Of a DNA stretch of 32,000 nucleotides, positions 1-7,048 are shown one piece after another. This DNA comes from Patescibacteria group bacterium (GTDB lineage: Bacteria > Patescibacteriota > Minisyncoccia > UBA6257 > HR35): positions 9,269 to 41,268 of the forward strand of contig JAMCWY010000016.1 in the NCBI GenBank assembly GCA_023480925.1, in the 5' to 3' direction. Every line of letters begins with the position of its first letter. Position 1 is the stretch's first letter. The notes under the pieces were generated by a model. It did not search any database and was not told the origin of the DNA. It saw only the letters and a program-made list of their open reading frames with translations. Position numbers and translations under genes: made by a program.

Positions 1-102
1 CTTCTGGCCCTTTTGGCCTCGGCCCGAAGTGCTGCCTTTTTTGCCGCCTCGACCAACACGCTTATTCTTTTTTAAACGATAATTCAACTGGTTAATTAAC
101 AT
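1..102 (-). CDS. rplO: 50S ribosomal protein L15, N-terminal part (gene runs off the left edge)
   Basis: Minus-strand translation from ATG (102-100) reads MLINQLNYRLKKNKRVGRGGKKGSTSGRGQKGQK. This is the KRVGRG...GRG.KGQK N-terminus typical of L15. The frame is open to position 1 and overlaps the rpsE stop by 11 nt. It is absent from the ORF track because it is truncated. Confidence 0.8.
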   Translation of the reverse strand, partial: MLINQLNYRLKKNKRVGRGGKKGSTSGRGQKGQK

Positions 103-568
103 TGATATTTAACTCGGTCCCTCGACTTAATTTGGCCAAGGCGGCCAGAGTGGCCAAAGCGTTGGTAAAATGGTTTTTGGACGAACTAATAATTTTAGCC
201 GTGGCGTTTTCGACGCCGGCCAACTCTAAAATTTCTCTCATTGTTCCGCCCGCGATTAAGCCGCGGCCAGCCGCGGCCGGTTTAATCAAAACTTGGCTCG
301 CTTTGACTTTGGCCAAAACTGGCCGGCTGATTGTTCCGCCAACAATTTCGATTTTAACCGCGTTTTTTTGACCAAGCCGCTTAGCTTTTTCAACCGCCTG
401 GCTTAAATCCGAACCCTTACCCACACCAAAACCAACCAAGCCGGACCGATTGCCGATGACGACAAAAGCTCTAATTTTGAATCTTTTGCCGCCGGCGACA
501 ACCTTGGTCACTCGCTTAACTTCTAAAACGTGATAATCCCAGCTTTCAAATTGACGATTTTGGTTCAT
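92..568 (-). CDS. rpsE: 30S ribosomal protein S5
   Basis: 158-aa ORF with the S5 core (VKRVTKVVAGGKRF..., GxGKG, IKPAAAGRGLIAGG). It sits in the expected L18-S5 order. Confidence 0.97.
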   Translation of the reverse strand: MNQNRQFESWDYHVLEVKRVTKVVAGGKRFKIRAFVVIGNRSGLVGFGVGKGSDLSQAVEKAKRLGQKNAVKIEIVGGTISRPVLAKVKASQVLIKPAAAGRGLIAGGTMREILELAGVENATAKIISSSKNHFTNALATLAALAKLSRGTELNINVN

Positions 569-576
569 GTTTAAAT

Positions 577-939
577 TTAAAATTCCAAACCAGCTTGGCG
601 AGCCGCTTCGGCCAAAGCCTTAATCCGACCGTGATAACGGAAACCGCCGCGATCAAAAACAACCGTCTTGACATTTTTGGCCAAGGCCGCGGCCGCGATC
701 AGCTCGCCGACTTTTTTTGCCCGTTCAACTTTAACCAAACCCTTAAACCGCTCGCGATTATTTTGGGTTGAAACCGCGGCCAAGGTCAGACCGAGCTGAT
801 CGTCGATCAGTTGGCAGTAAATGTGTTGATTCGATTTAAAAACAGACAAACGCGGCCGGGCCTTTGATCCAACCACGATCTTTCTGATTCGATTATGTCT
901 TCGGATTCTTTTTTCGGTTTTAAAAACTTTGTCGCTCAT
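577..939 (-). CDS. rplR: 50S ribosomal protein L18
   Basis: 120-aa ORF with RRHNRIRKK..., RLSVFKSNQHIYCQLIDD and a FDRGGFRYHGRIKALAEAAR end. Located between L6 and S5. Confidence 0.97.
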   Translation of the reverse strand: MSDKVFKTEKRIRRHNRIRKIVVGSKARPRLSVFKSNQHIYCQLIDDQLGLTLAAVSTQNNRERFKGLVKVERAKKVGELIAAAALAKNVKTVVFDRGGFRYHGRIKALAEAARQAGLEF

Positions 940-941
940 TT

Positions 942-1490
942 TTATTTCGCCACTTTCTTGACCGCCTTTCTCTTAATCACTTCTCCGACATAACGAAAAC
1001 CTTTTAATTTATACGGATCGGCTTTCCTTAATTTTTTTATGACCGCGGCGAACTGACCGACTTTTTCTCGATCAATCCCCTCAACTCTGATTATTTGAAA
1101 ACCTTTTTGTTGTTTCACCTCAATTTTTAAACCGATCGGGGTATTCAACTCGATCGTATGGCTGTAACCAACTTTAAAAATAATTTTATCCGCCTTGATC
1201 TCGGCGTTATAACCAAGCCCTTCCAGTATTAATTCTTTAGTAAAACCAACCTTGACGCCCTGAATCTTATTATTCAAATTCGCCCGGTTCGTGCCCCAAA
1301 GTTGACGGGTGGTCTTGTTTAAAACCGTTGGCTTGACAATCAACTGATCGCCTTCTTTTAAAACTTCGATCTGGGCCGATGGTTTAAAACTCAGCTGACC
1401 CAATGGGCCCTTGATCAGAAACTGGCCGGCTGATTGTTCAAACTGAACTTCGGCTGGAATTATAATTGGCCGTTTGCCTATCTTTGACAT
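942..1490 (-). CDS. rplF: 50S ribosomal protein L6
   Basis: 182-aa ORF starting MSKIGKRPI.IP..V and ending in the KGFRYVGE motif. Operon position is S8-L6-L18. Confidence 0.97.
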   Translation of the reverse strand: MSKIGKRPIIIPAEVQFEQSAGQFLIKGPLGQLSFKPSAQIEVLKEGDQLIVKPTVLNKTTRQLWGTNRANLNNKIQGVKVGFTKELILEGLGYNAEIKADKIIFKVGYSHTIELNTPIGLKIEVKQQKGFQIIRVEGIDREKVGQFAAVIKKLRKADPYKLKGFRYVGEVIKRKAVKKVAK

Positions 1491-1498
1491 TTTTAAAT

Positions 1499-1897
1499 TT
1501 AAATTATCTCAACGATGACTTCGCCGCCCAATTTTTGACGTCTGGCTTCGTTGTCAAAAAGAAGGCCGCGTGAAGTTGAAACAATGACCGAACCGGCCCA
1601 ACCCGACCGAAGTTCTCGCCAACCGGCGTACCAACGACGGCTTGGTTTGGAAATTATTTTAATCGTTTCAATCGGCGCCTGTTTGTTTTCAAGATAACTC
1701 AGCTCGACGATAATTTTTTTTTGGCCCTCCCCTCCGGATCGATTTTCAATTTCGATTTTCTTGATCAATTTTTTTTCTTCCAATTTTTTCAAAAGTTCAA
1801 ACTTCAATTTCGAATGAGGAATGACGACATTTTTCCGTTTCACCATCCAACCATTTCTTAATTGGCTGAACATATCGCTAATCGGGTCTGAAGACAT
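1499..1897 (-). CDS. rpsH: 30S ribosomal protein S8
   Basis: The S8 sequence starts at an internal Met (MSSDPISDMFSQLRNG...) at 1897. The 41 codons upstream in the ORF track overlap the S14 gene and look non-protein-like. Confidence 0.95.
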   Translation of the reverse strand: MSSDPISDMFSQLRNGWMVKRKNVVIPHSKLKFELLKKLEEKKLIKKIEIENRSGGEGQKKIIVELSYLENKQAPIETIKIISKPSRRWYAGWRELRSGWAGSVIVSTSRGLLFDNEARRQKLGGEVIVEII

Positions 1898-1898
1898 T

Positions 1899-2084
1899 TT
1901 ACCAACTTGCTTTTTTGACTCCGGGAATTTCTCCAACTTGAGCCAACTCTCTAAAACAAATTCGACATAAATTAAAATCGCCCAAATAACCTCTAGTCCG
2001 ACCGCAACGAAAACAAACATTTCTCTGCTTGGTTTTAAATTTGGCTGGTTCTTTCCAGCGGCGAATTTGCGCTTTTGAAGGCAT
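1899..2084 (-). CDS. rpsZ: 30S ribosomal protein S14, short zinc-binding (type Z) form
   Basis: 61 aa with CFRCGR...CRIC (CxxC-x-CxxC) and a KASW end. Located between L5 and S8. Confidence 0.95.
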   Translation of the reverse strand: MPSKAQIRRWKEPAKFKTKQRNVCFRCGRTRGYLGDFNLCRICFRELAQVGEIPGVKKASW

Positions 2085-2085
2085 T

Positions 2086-2643
2086 TTAATTTTTTATGGG
2101 AAAACCCAAACTCTGCCAGAGTTTAATTTTCTCTTCTTTGTTCTTACTTTTGCCGATAATGGTTATTTGTAAACCAAAATTCATTCTTATTTTATCAGAA
2201 ATCGCTTCAGGAAAAATACTGACTTCGCGAAAACCAAGGTTAATATTGCCGTCGCGATCGAAATTTTTTTCGGTCAACCCGCGAAAATCGCGAATCCGAG
2301 GTAAAACATAAGTGGTCAAACGATCAATTAAATCAAAAAGACGCCCCCGACGCAATGTTGCCATTAAAGCGACCGGCTGGCCTTCCCTTAATTTAAAACC
2401 GGCGACGGATTTTTTCGCCTTGACCAAAGCGGGCTTCTGACCGCTAATCTGATTTAAAACGAAACCGGCTTCGGTTAAAATTTTTTCTTTGTTCTCGGCG
2501 CTTTGAATCACCATCTTGCCCACGCCGATTTGTAAAATTGCCCGAACTGGTTTAGGCCCGGCGAAATTGTTTTTCAAACCCAAATCCTTCCTCAATTTCG
2601 GCTCGATTTCTTTTTTAAATTTTTCTCGCGCTGGACTTTCCAT
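2086..2643 (-). CDS. rplE: 50S ribosomal protein L5
   Basis: 185-aa ORF with L5-like sequence (ITLNIGVG-type [19 protein letters not shown]...FPE). Operon position fits. Confidence 0.97.
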   Translation of the reverse strand: MESPAREKFKKEIEPKLRKDLGLKNNFAGPKPVRAILQIGVGKMVIQSAENKEKILTEAGFVLNQISGQKPALVKAKKSVAGFKLREGQPVALMATLRRGRLFDLIDRLTTYVLPRIRDFRGLTEKNFDRDGNINLGFREVSIFPEAISDKIRMNFGLQITIIGKSKNKEEKIKLWQSLGFPIKN

Positions 2644-2654
2644 TTTAAAATTTT

Positions 2655-2966
2655 TTACTTAATCGCCTGATGACATTTTTTGCACAATCGCGTCTTTTTT
2701 TTGTCTTGACCGATTTGATAACCAACTCGGGTGGGCTGACCGCAAGCCGGGCAGACCAATCGAACATTACTTAAACTCATCGGTCGGGGAATATCAATAA
2801 TCTGACCCTTCTCGCCCTGCCGCCTCGGCCGAGCGTGTTTTTTCGCCATATTCAAACCTTCAACGACGATCCGATTTTCTTTTGGTATGATTCGAAGAAC
2901 CTTGCCAGTCTTGCTCCGGCTCTTGCCCTTATCGACAAAAACTAAATCGCCTTTTTTTATTTTCAT
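2655..2966 (-). CDS. rplX: 50S ribosomal protein L24 with a Cys4 C-terminal segment
   Basis: KOW motif (MKIKKGDLVFVDKGKSRSKTGKV) and PTRVGY. The C-terminus carries CPAC...CKKC. AGGAG lies about 10 nt upstream of the start. Confidence 0.95.
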   Translation of the reverse strand: MKIKKGDLVFVDKGKSRSKTGKVLRIIPKENRIVVEGLNMAKKHARPRRQGEKGQIIDIPRPMSLSNVRLVCPACGQPTRVGYQIGQDKKKTRLCKKCHQAIK

Positions 2967-2967
2967 C

Positions 2968-3336
2968 TTAGACTAACTCCTGGGCCAAGTTAACGATTTT
3001 TTCAACTCGGTTATTTCTTAATTCCCTTGGGATCGGACCGAAAATTCTATTGCCCAAAATTTCTTTGGTTGACTTTAATAAAACCGCGGCGTTTTCTTCA
3101 AATCTAACCGAACTGCCATCTTGCCGCCGCCAAGATCGACGCTGTCTGACCACGAGCGCCTTTACGACCTGACCGGCGCTTACCTGTTTTCGCGGCAAGG
3201 CCTTTTTAACCGAACAAACAATAACATCGCCGATACCGGCGCCTTCGCGATTACCCAAGCCGACAAAACCGATACATTTTAACTTGACCGCACCGCTGTT
3301 GTCGGCGGCGTTTAACCAAGTTCCTCGCTTAATCAT
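2968..3336 (-). CDS. rplN: 50S ribosomal protein L14
   Basis: 122 aa with the MI..GT.LNAADNSGA..L.CI motif. GGAG lies 4 nt upstream of the ATG. Overlaps the rpsQ end by 8 nt. Confidence 0.97.
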   Translation of the reverse strand: MIKRGTWLNAADNSGAVKLKCIGFVGLGNREGAGIGDVIVCSVKKALPRKQVSAGQVVKALVVRQRRSWRRQDGSSVRFEENAAVLLKSTKEILGNRIFGPIPRELRNNRVEKIVNLAQELV

Positions 3337-3589
3337 TTTTCTCCGGGCTGGCCAAGCTGGTTAAAATTTTAATCACCCGCCAACGTTTTAATTTCGACAG
3401 CGGTCTCGTTTCTTCGATCAAAACCGAATCGCCTACTTTCAAATCAAAATCTTTCGGGTCGGCGTAATATCTGGTCAAACGATGATAAAACTTTCGATAA
3501 AGTTTTTCCTGTTTTAAGACCTTATTCACAACCACGACCGTCTTTGCCATCTTAGTTGAAACGACTTGACCACTTACTCGTTTTTTCAT
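3329..3589 (-). CDS. rpsQ: 30S ribosomal protein S17
   Basis: 86 aa with GQVVSTKMAKTVVV...GD.V.IEETRPLSK.KRW. Confidence 0.95.
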   Translation of the reverse strand: MKKRVSGQVVSTKMAKTVVVVNKVLKQEKLYRKFYHRLTRYYADPKDFDLKVGDSVLIEETRPLSKLKRWRVIKILTSLASPEKND

Positions 3590-3591
3590 TT

Positions 3592-3804
3592 TTATTTTTC
3601 CGACCGGCTTGTTTCTTTCTTAATTAAATTTTGTCTCAGGGTTAAAACGCGAGCCAAATCTTTTTTTAGCTGCTTCAACCCCTCCGGCTTTTTCAACTGG
3701 TTTTGAGCTTTTAAAATTTTCGCCTGGAAAATTTTTTCTTTCAACTCCTGCCTCAATTTTACCAACTCAACCTGATTTTTGCCTCTTAAATCTTTTAACT
3801 TCAT
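3592..3804 (-). CDS. rpmC: 50S ribosomal protein L29
   Basis: 70-aa helical K/E/L-rich ORF (LR.K...EL..L..ELKE) located between L16 and S17. Confidence 0.9.
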   Translation of the reverse strand: MKLKDLRGKNQVELVKLRQELKEKIFQAKILKAQNQLKKPEGLKQLKKDLARVLTLRQNLIKKETSRSEK

Positions 3805-3805
3805 T

Positions 3806-4216
3806 TTATTTTAAAACCAACTTGGTTTTAATCGGCAATTTATACGAGGCCGCCTTTAATGATCGGAGAGCCAAGTCGTGGTCGCGCGACTCAACCTCAA
3901 CCACCATCTTGCCCGGTTCGATCACGCTGACGTAATGGTCGAGATCGCCCTTGCCGCCGCCCATTCGCACTTCCGGCGGTTTTTTGGTAACTGGCTTATG
4001 GGGAAAAACTCTTAGCCAAACCCGGCCCTTCTTGCCCAAAACTCTTTTCATTTCTTTGACAACCGAATCAATTTGCCGATCGGTCAACTGATAAAAATCG
4101 AGCGATCTCAACCCGGCTTGACCAAAAGATAATTCCGTGCCCTTAGTCGAAAACATCCGCTCCAACGATCGGCCCTTCTGCCACTTTCGGTATTTCATTT
4201 TTTTTGGCTGAAGCAT
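3806..4216 (-). CDS. rplP: 50S ribosomal protein L16
   Basis: 136 aa starting MLQPKKMKYRK.QKGR, with RMGGGKG. Confidence 0.97.
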   Translation of the reverse strand: MLQPKKMKYRKWQKGRSLERMFSTKGTELSFGQAGLRSLDFYQLTDRQIDSVVKEMKRVLGKKGRVWLRVFPHKPVTKKPPEVRMGGGKGDLDHYVSVIEPGKMVVEVESRDHDLALRSLKAASYKLPIKTKLVLK

Positions 4217-4230
4217 TTTAAATTAAAAAT

Positions 4231-4911
4231 TTATTCCGAATTTTCTTCGTTCTTAATTTTTTCGCCCTGATAAAGCCAAACCTTAATGCCAACAATGCCG
4301 TAGGTGCACTTGGCCCGATCGGTCGCGTACTCAATCTTCGCCCTCAAGGTGCTCAGCGGCATCTTGCCCCAGCTCAAAACTTCGGTTCGGTGGATTTCTG
4401 AACCATTCAAACGACCTGAGATTTGAACTCTGATGCCCAAATTTTCCCGCTGTTGCCTCGCTCGTTCAATCAATCTCTTCATCACTCGCCGAACCGACTG
4501 CCTTTTCTCAATTTCAAAAGCAGCCTGCTGAGCCAAAATTTGAGCACAAAGATTTTGTTTTCTCACTTCAAGAATATCGAAATCCAAGGCCGGTTTTGAC
4601 ATCTTTGCTCTTTTAAAAAGCGGTTCGAGCGTTTTGTTAATCTCGGCCTGAAGCTGTTTTAACTTCTGGCCCTCACGTCCAATCAAAACGCCTGGCTTTG
4701 ACGTTTTAACGATAACTTTTGAATGTTCCAAACTTTTTCTCTCGATCACGATGTCGACCACGCCCGATTTTGGAAACATCGTCCAGATCGTTTTACGAAT
4801 AAGATAATCCGCCTCAAGCAAAACTTTGAAACTTCGTTTAAAAAACCAAGCCGACCGAAAATTTTGGTTCAAACCCAATCTCAAACTAAATGGCGATAAT
4901 TTATGACTCAT
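4231..4911 (-). CDS. rpsC: 30S ribosomal protein S3
   Basis: The S3 sequence starts at an internal Met at 4911 (MSHKLSPFSLRLG..., KH-domain GVLIGREG, GRLNG.EI.R). Overlaps the rplV stop by 11 nt. The upstream 37 codons of the track ORF lie inside rplV. Confidence 0.93.
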   Translation of the reverse strand: MSHKLSPFSLRLGLNQNFRSAWFFKRSFKVLLEADYLIRKTIWTMFPKSGVVDIVIERKSLEHSKVIVKTSKPGVLIGREGQKLKQLQAEINKTLEPLFKRAKMSKPALDFDILEVRKQNLCAQILAQQAAFEIEKRQSVRRVMKRLIERARQQRENLGIRVQISGRLNGSEIHRTEVLSWGKMPLSTLRAKIEYATDRAKCTYGIVGIKVWLYQGEKIKNEENSE

Positions 4912-5239
4912 CTTTAATTTTATCCAACTCCAAAAAAACGTGCGTCGTTCTTTTAGTGATCGTGCCAACGTTGCTTCTTGAAGCGGGCCGAAATCTTTTT
5001 CGCTTTGGCCCTTCGTTAACAACCAAGGTTTTAATTTTTAAATTATCTTTTTCGATTTTCTTCTGCTTGGCCGCGGCCAAACCGGACCGCAATAATTTTA
5101 AAAGCGGCTCGCTCGCTCTTTTCGGACTAAATAAAAGCTGACGTTCGGCCTCGGCCGCGCTCAAACCTCGAATCAAATTACTGACAATCAAAACTTTCTT
5201 GGGCGTAATGTTCAATCGGCGCAAATAAACTTTGATCAT
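4901..5239 (-). CDS. rplV: 50S ribosomal protein L22
   Basis: 112 aa with R.L.I.PKK...V.NLIRG..A.EA...L.FSPK.A. Confidence 0.95.
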   Translation of the reverse strand: MIKVYLRRLNITPKKVLIVSNLIRGLSAAEAERQLLFSPKRASEPLLKLLRSGLAAAKQKKIEKDNLKIKTLVVNEGPKRKRFRPASRSNVGTITKRTTHVFLELDKIKDES

Positions 5240-5241
5240 TT

Positions 5242-5547
5242 TTAAACTTGCTGTTTCTTTTCTAATTCGCGTTGAAGCTTACCGCCATGCTTAATGAATT
5301 TTCTCGTTTGGGCAAACTCGCCCAAGTGATGGCCCACCATTTCTTCGACAATCTTGACTTTGATAAAAATCTTGCCGTTGTGAACTTCAATCGTCAAGCC
5401 AACCATTTCCGGTGTAACACTGGAAGCGCGCGACCAGGTTCGAATGACCGCCTTTTCTTTTTCTTTGGCGCTCAAAGATTTAGCCTGCTCAACCCGCTTT
5501 AATAAACTTTCTTCAATATAATAACCCTTCTTTAAACTTCGGCTCAT
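5242..5547 (-). CDS. rpsS: 30S ribosomal protein S19
   Basis: Starts MSRSLKKG, with TWSR.S...PEMVGLTI.VHNGK and MVGH.LGEFA.TR. Confidence 0.97.
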   Translation of the reverse strand: MSRSLKKGYYIEESLLKRVEQAKSLSAKEKEKAVIRTWSRASSVTPEMVGLTIEVHNGKIFIKVKIVEEMVGHHLGEFAQTRKFIKHGGKLQRELEKKQQV

Positions 5548-5564
5548 TGTTTAATTGATTAAAT

Positions 5565-6401
5565 TTATTTTCGCCGGCGAACGATTAATCGACTCGACGG
5601 CTTTTTTCGATGCCTGGTTCGATGGCCAGCCGTAACCTTGCCCGATCTCGTTTTTAATTTCCTTCGGCCCAAACCCATCTTGCCCTTGCCGCCGCCATAA
5701 GGATGGTCTCTCGTATTCATGGCGCTGCCGCGGACGTGAGGCCGGCGACCAAGCCAGCGATTTCGGCCGGCTTTACCGATTCGAACGTTGCGATGGTCTT
5801 GGTTGGAAACCGAACCAATTGTGGCGTAGCAATCTTTTGAAACCTTTCTGACCTCAGCCGATGGCATTTTTAAAAGACAATATTTTTCATCAAAACCCAT
5901 AATGGTTATTTTTGAGCCGGCGCTTCGGCCGAATTTACCCTTGCCGGCCGGCGTCATTTCAACCTCGCAAACTTCGGTTCCAGGCAAAATATTTTTTAAG
6001 CTTAAGCGGTTGCCCGGCTTCAAACCGGCCGACTCGCTCATAATCACTTCATCGTCAACCTTGACTCCGGCTGGAGCGAGATGATAACGACGTTCGCCGT
6101 CGCGATAGACAACCAGCATGATAAAAGCGGTTCGATTGGGGTCGTACTCGATTGACTCGACTCGGCCCGGCACGTTTTTCCGATCCAATCGGGAAAAATC
6201 AACGATCCGATAAAGCCGGCGATGGCTTGGCCCAGAACGAGACCTAACTGTGACCCGGCCCTGATTATTTCTGGCCGGATTTTGTTTAATCGAACGCAAA
6301 AGCGGCCGGTATGGTTCAGCCTGATTTAAATCTTTGCGATAATTAACCCGGATGGAAACAATCTTGCTTTTTCCTCTTGATTTAACCACTTTGATTGACA
6401 T
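5565..6401 (-). CDS. rplB: 50S ribosomal protein L2
   Basis: 278 aa with GRNN.GR.T.R..GG, IEYDPNR.A, and GSAMN..DHP.GGG.G motifs. Confidence 0.97.
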   Translation of the reverse strand: MSIKVVKSRGKSKIVSIRVNYRKDLNQAEPYRPLLRSIKQNPARNNQGRVTVRSRSGPSHRRLYRIVDFSRLDRKNVPGRVESIEYDPNRTAFIMLVVYRDGERRYHLAPAGVKVDDEVIMSESAGLKPGNRLSLKNILPGTEVCEVEMTPAGKGKFGRSAGSKITIMGFDEKYCLLKMPSAEVRKVSKDCYATIGSVSNQDHRNVRIGKAGRNRWLGRRPHVRGSAMNTRDHPYGGGKGKMGLGRRKLKTRSGKVTAGHRTRHRKKPSSRLIVRRRK

Positions 6402-6608
6402 AATTTAACTTCAGCTTAAATAAAAAACTAGCCGCTCTTAAAAGGCTCTGGTTAAAAACCCTTCCAAAAAAAATCCTATATTAAATCTCGATAAGTTTAA
6501 CTTGACTAATTATTATTTTAACATATTTTTTCCCAAAGCAAATCCGAATTAACCAAATTAGAAGGTGGTTCCAATAAATAATTAGAATGGTTTTAAGTTA
6601 AAAACCGT

Positions 6609-6649
6609 TATAATTTAATTACTGTTTTGTTCTCAAAACCAAAAAGGAG
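6609..6649 (+). promoter_or_regulatory. TATAAT -10 box (6609-6614) plus strong Shine-Dalgarno AGGAG (6645-6649) ahead of the carrier-protein gene
   Basis: GTTATAAT lies 42 nt upstream of the ATG. AAAGGAGAAAAAAATG places AGGAG 6 nt from the start codon. Confidence 0.45.
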
Positions 6650-6655
6650 AAAAAA

Positions 6656-6916
6656 ATGCCTACCAATATCGAGGGAAGGCTCAAAAAACTTGCGGTCGAC
6701 GAAATGGCTTGCCGGACCGAGGATCTTGAGCCAGAGACCGAGTTAATCAGCTTGACTGACTCGCTCGGTCTGGTCGAACTGCTCTACAAGGTCGAGGACG
6801 AGTTCGGTATCACCATACCGGACGAAGAGGCTGAAAGTATTCAGACTTTCAACGACCTGGTTGAGATCGTCGGAAGAAAGCTTTCCAAAACAAAAACGAG
6901 GTACCCAGTTGTTTAG
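6656..6916 (+). CDS. Acyl carrier protein-like (phosphopantetheine-attachment) protein
   Basis: 86 aa and acidic. It has the DSLGLVELL motif, matching the DSLD.VEL Ser attachment site, followed by EDEFGI.IPDEEAE as in AcpP helices II-III. Confidence 0.8.
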   Translation: MPTNIEGRLKKLAVDEMACRTEDLEPETELISLTDSLGLVELLYKVEDEFGITIPDEEAESIQTFNDLVEIVGRKLSKTKTRYPVV

Positions 6917-6946
6917 ATGGTTCTAAATAATCGGAAAAATATTGGC

Positions 6947-6991
6947 GGCTCGATCAGTTGTAAAAATGGTCGAGCCTTCTTTTTATTTTTT
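6947..6991 (+). terminator. Rho-independent terminator after the carrier-protein gene
   Basis: 9-bp stem GGCTCGATC/GGTCGAGCC (one G.U pair) with a 12-nt loop, followed by TTCTTTTTATTTTTT. Confidence 0.7.
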
Positions 6992-7003
6992 GCCGCTAAT
7001 TTT

Positions 7004-7012
7004 TGTTATAAT
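7004..7012 (+). promoter_or_regulatory. Extended -10 promoter element TGTTATAAT upstream of gap
   Basis: A TGnTATAAT match lies 36 nt upstream of the gap ATG, directly after the preceding terminator. Confidence 0.45.
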
Positions 7013-7048
7013 TTTTAAATCAGTCAAAATTAATTCTTAAAATTAAAA

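Noticed and set aside
1898-2020. N-terminal extension of the S8 ORF (track ORF 1499-2020)
   Set aside because: The extension overlaps the S14 gene in another frame and is hydrophobic nonsense. The canonical S8 N-terminus begins at the Met at 1897.
4912-5022. N-terminal extension of the S3 ORF (track ORF 4231-5022)
   Set aside because: It lies inside rplV. The conserved S3 N-terminus begins at the Met at 4911.
102-6084. Plus-strand ORFs antisense to r-protein genes (102-371, 2096-2311, 4890-5141, 5272-5502, 5902-6084). The same applies to similar antisense ORFs in gap, ftsK, ppa, nusA, rpsP and rpsM/rpsK (for example 28844-29203 and 31329-31796).
   Set aside because: Each one fully overlaps a confidently identified conserved gene on the other strand, and none has family-like sequence.
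6501-6511. An 11-nt motif CTTGACTAATT shared by 6501-6511 and 14481-14491, considered as a repeat element
   Set aside because: It is too short, and the flanks do not match. It is most simply a -35-type TTGACT promoter context occurring twice.
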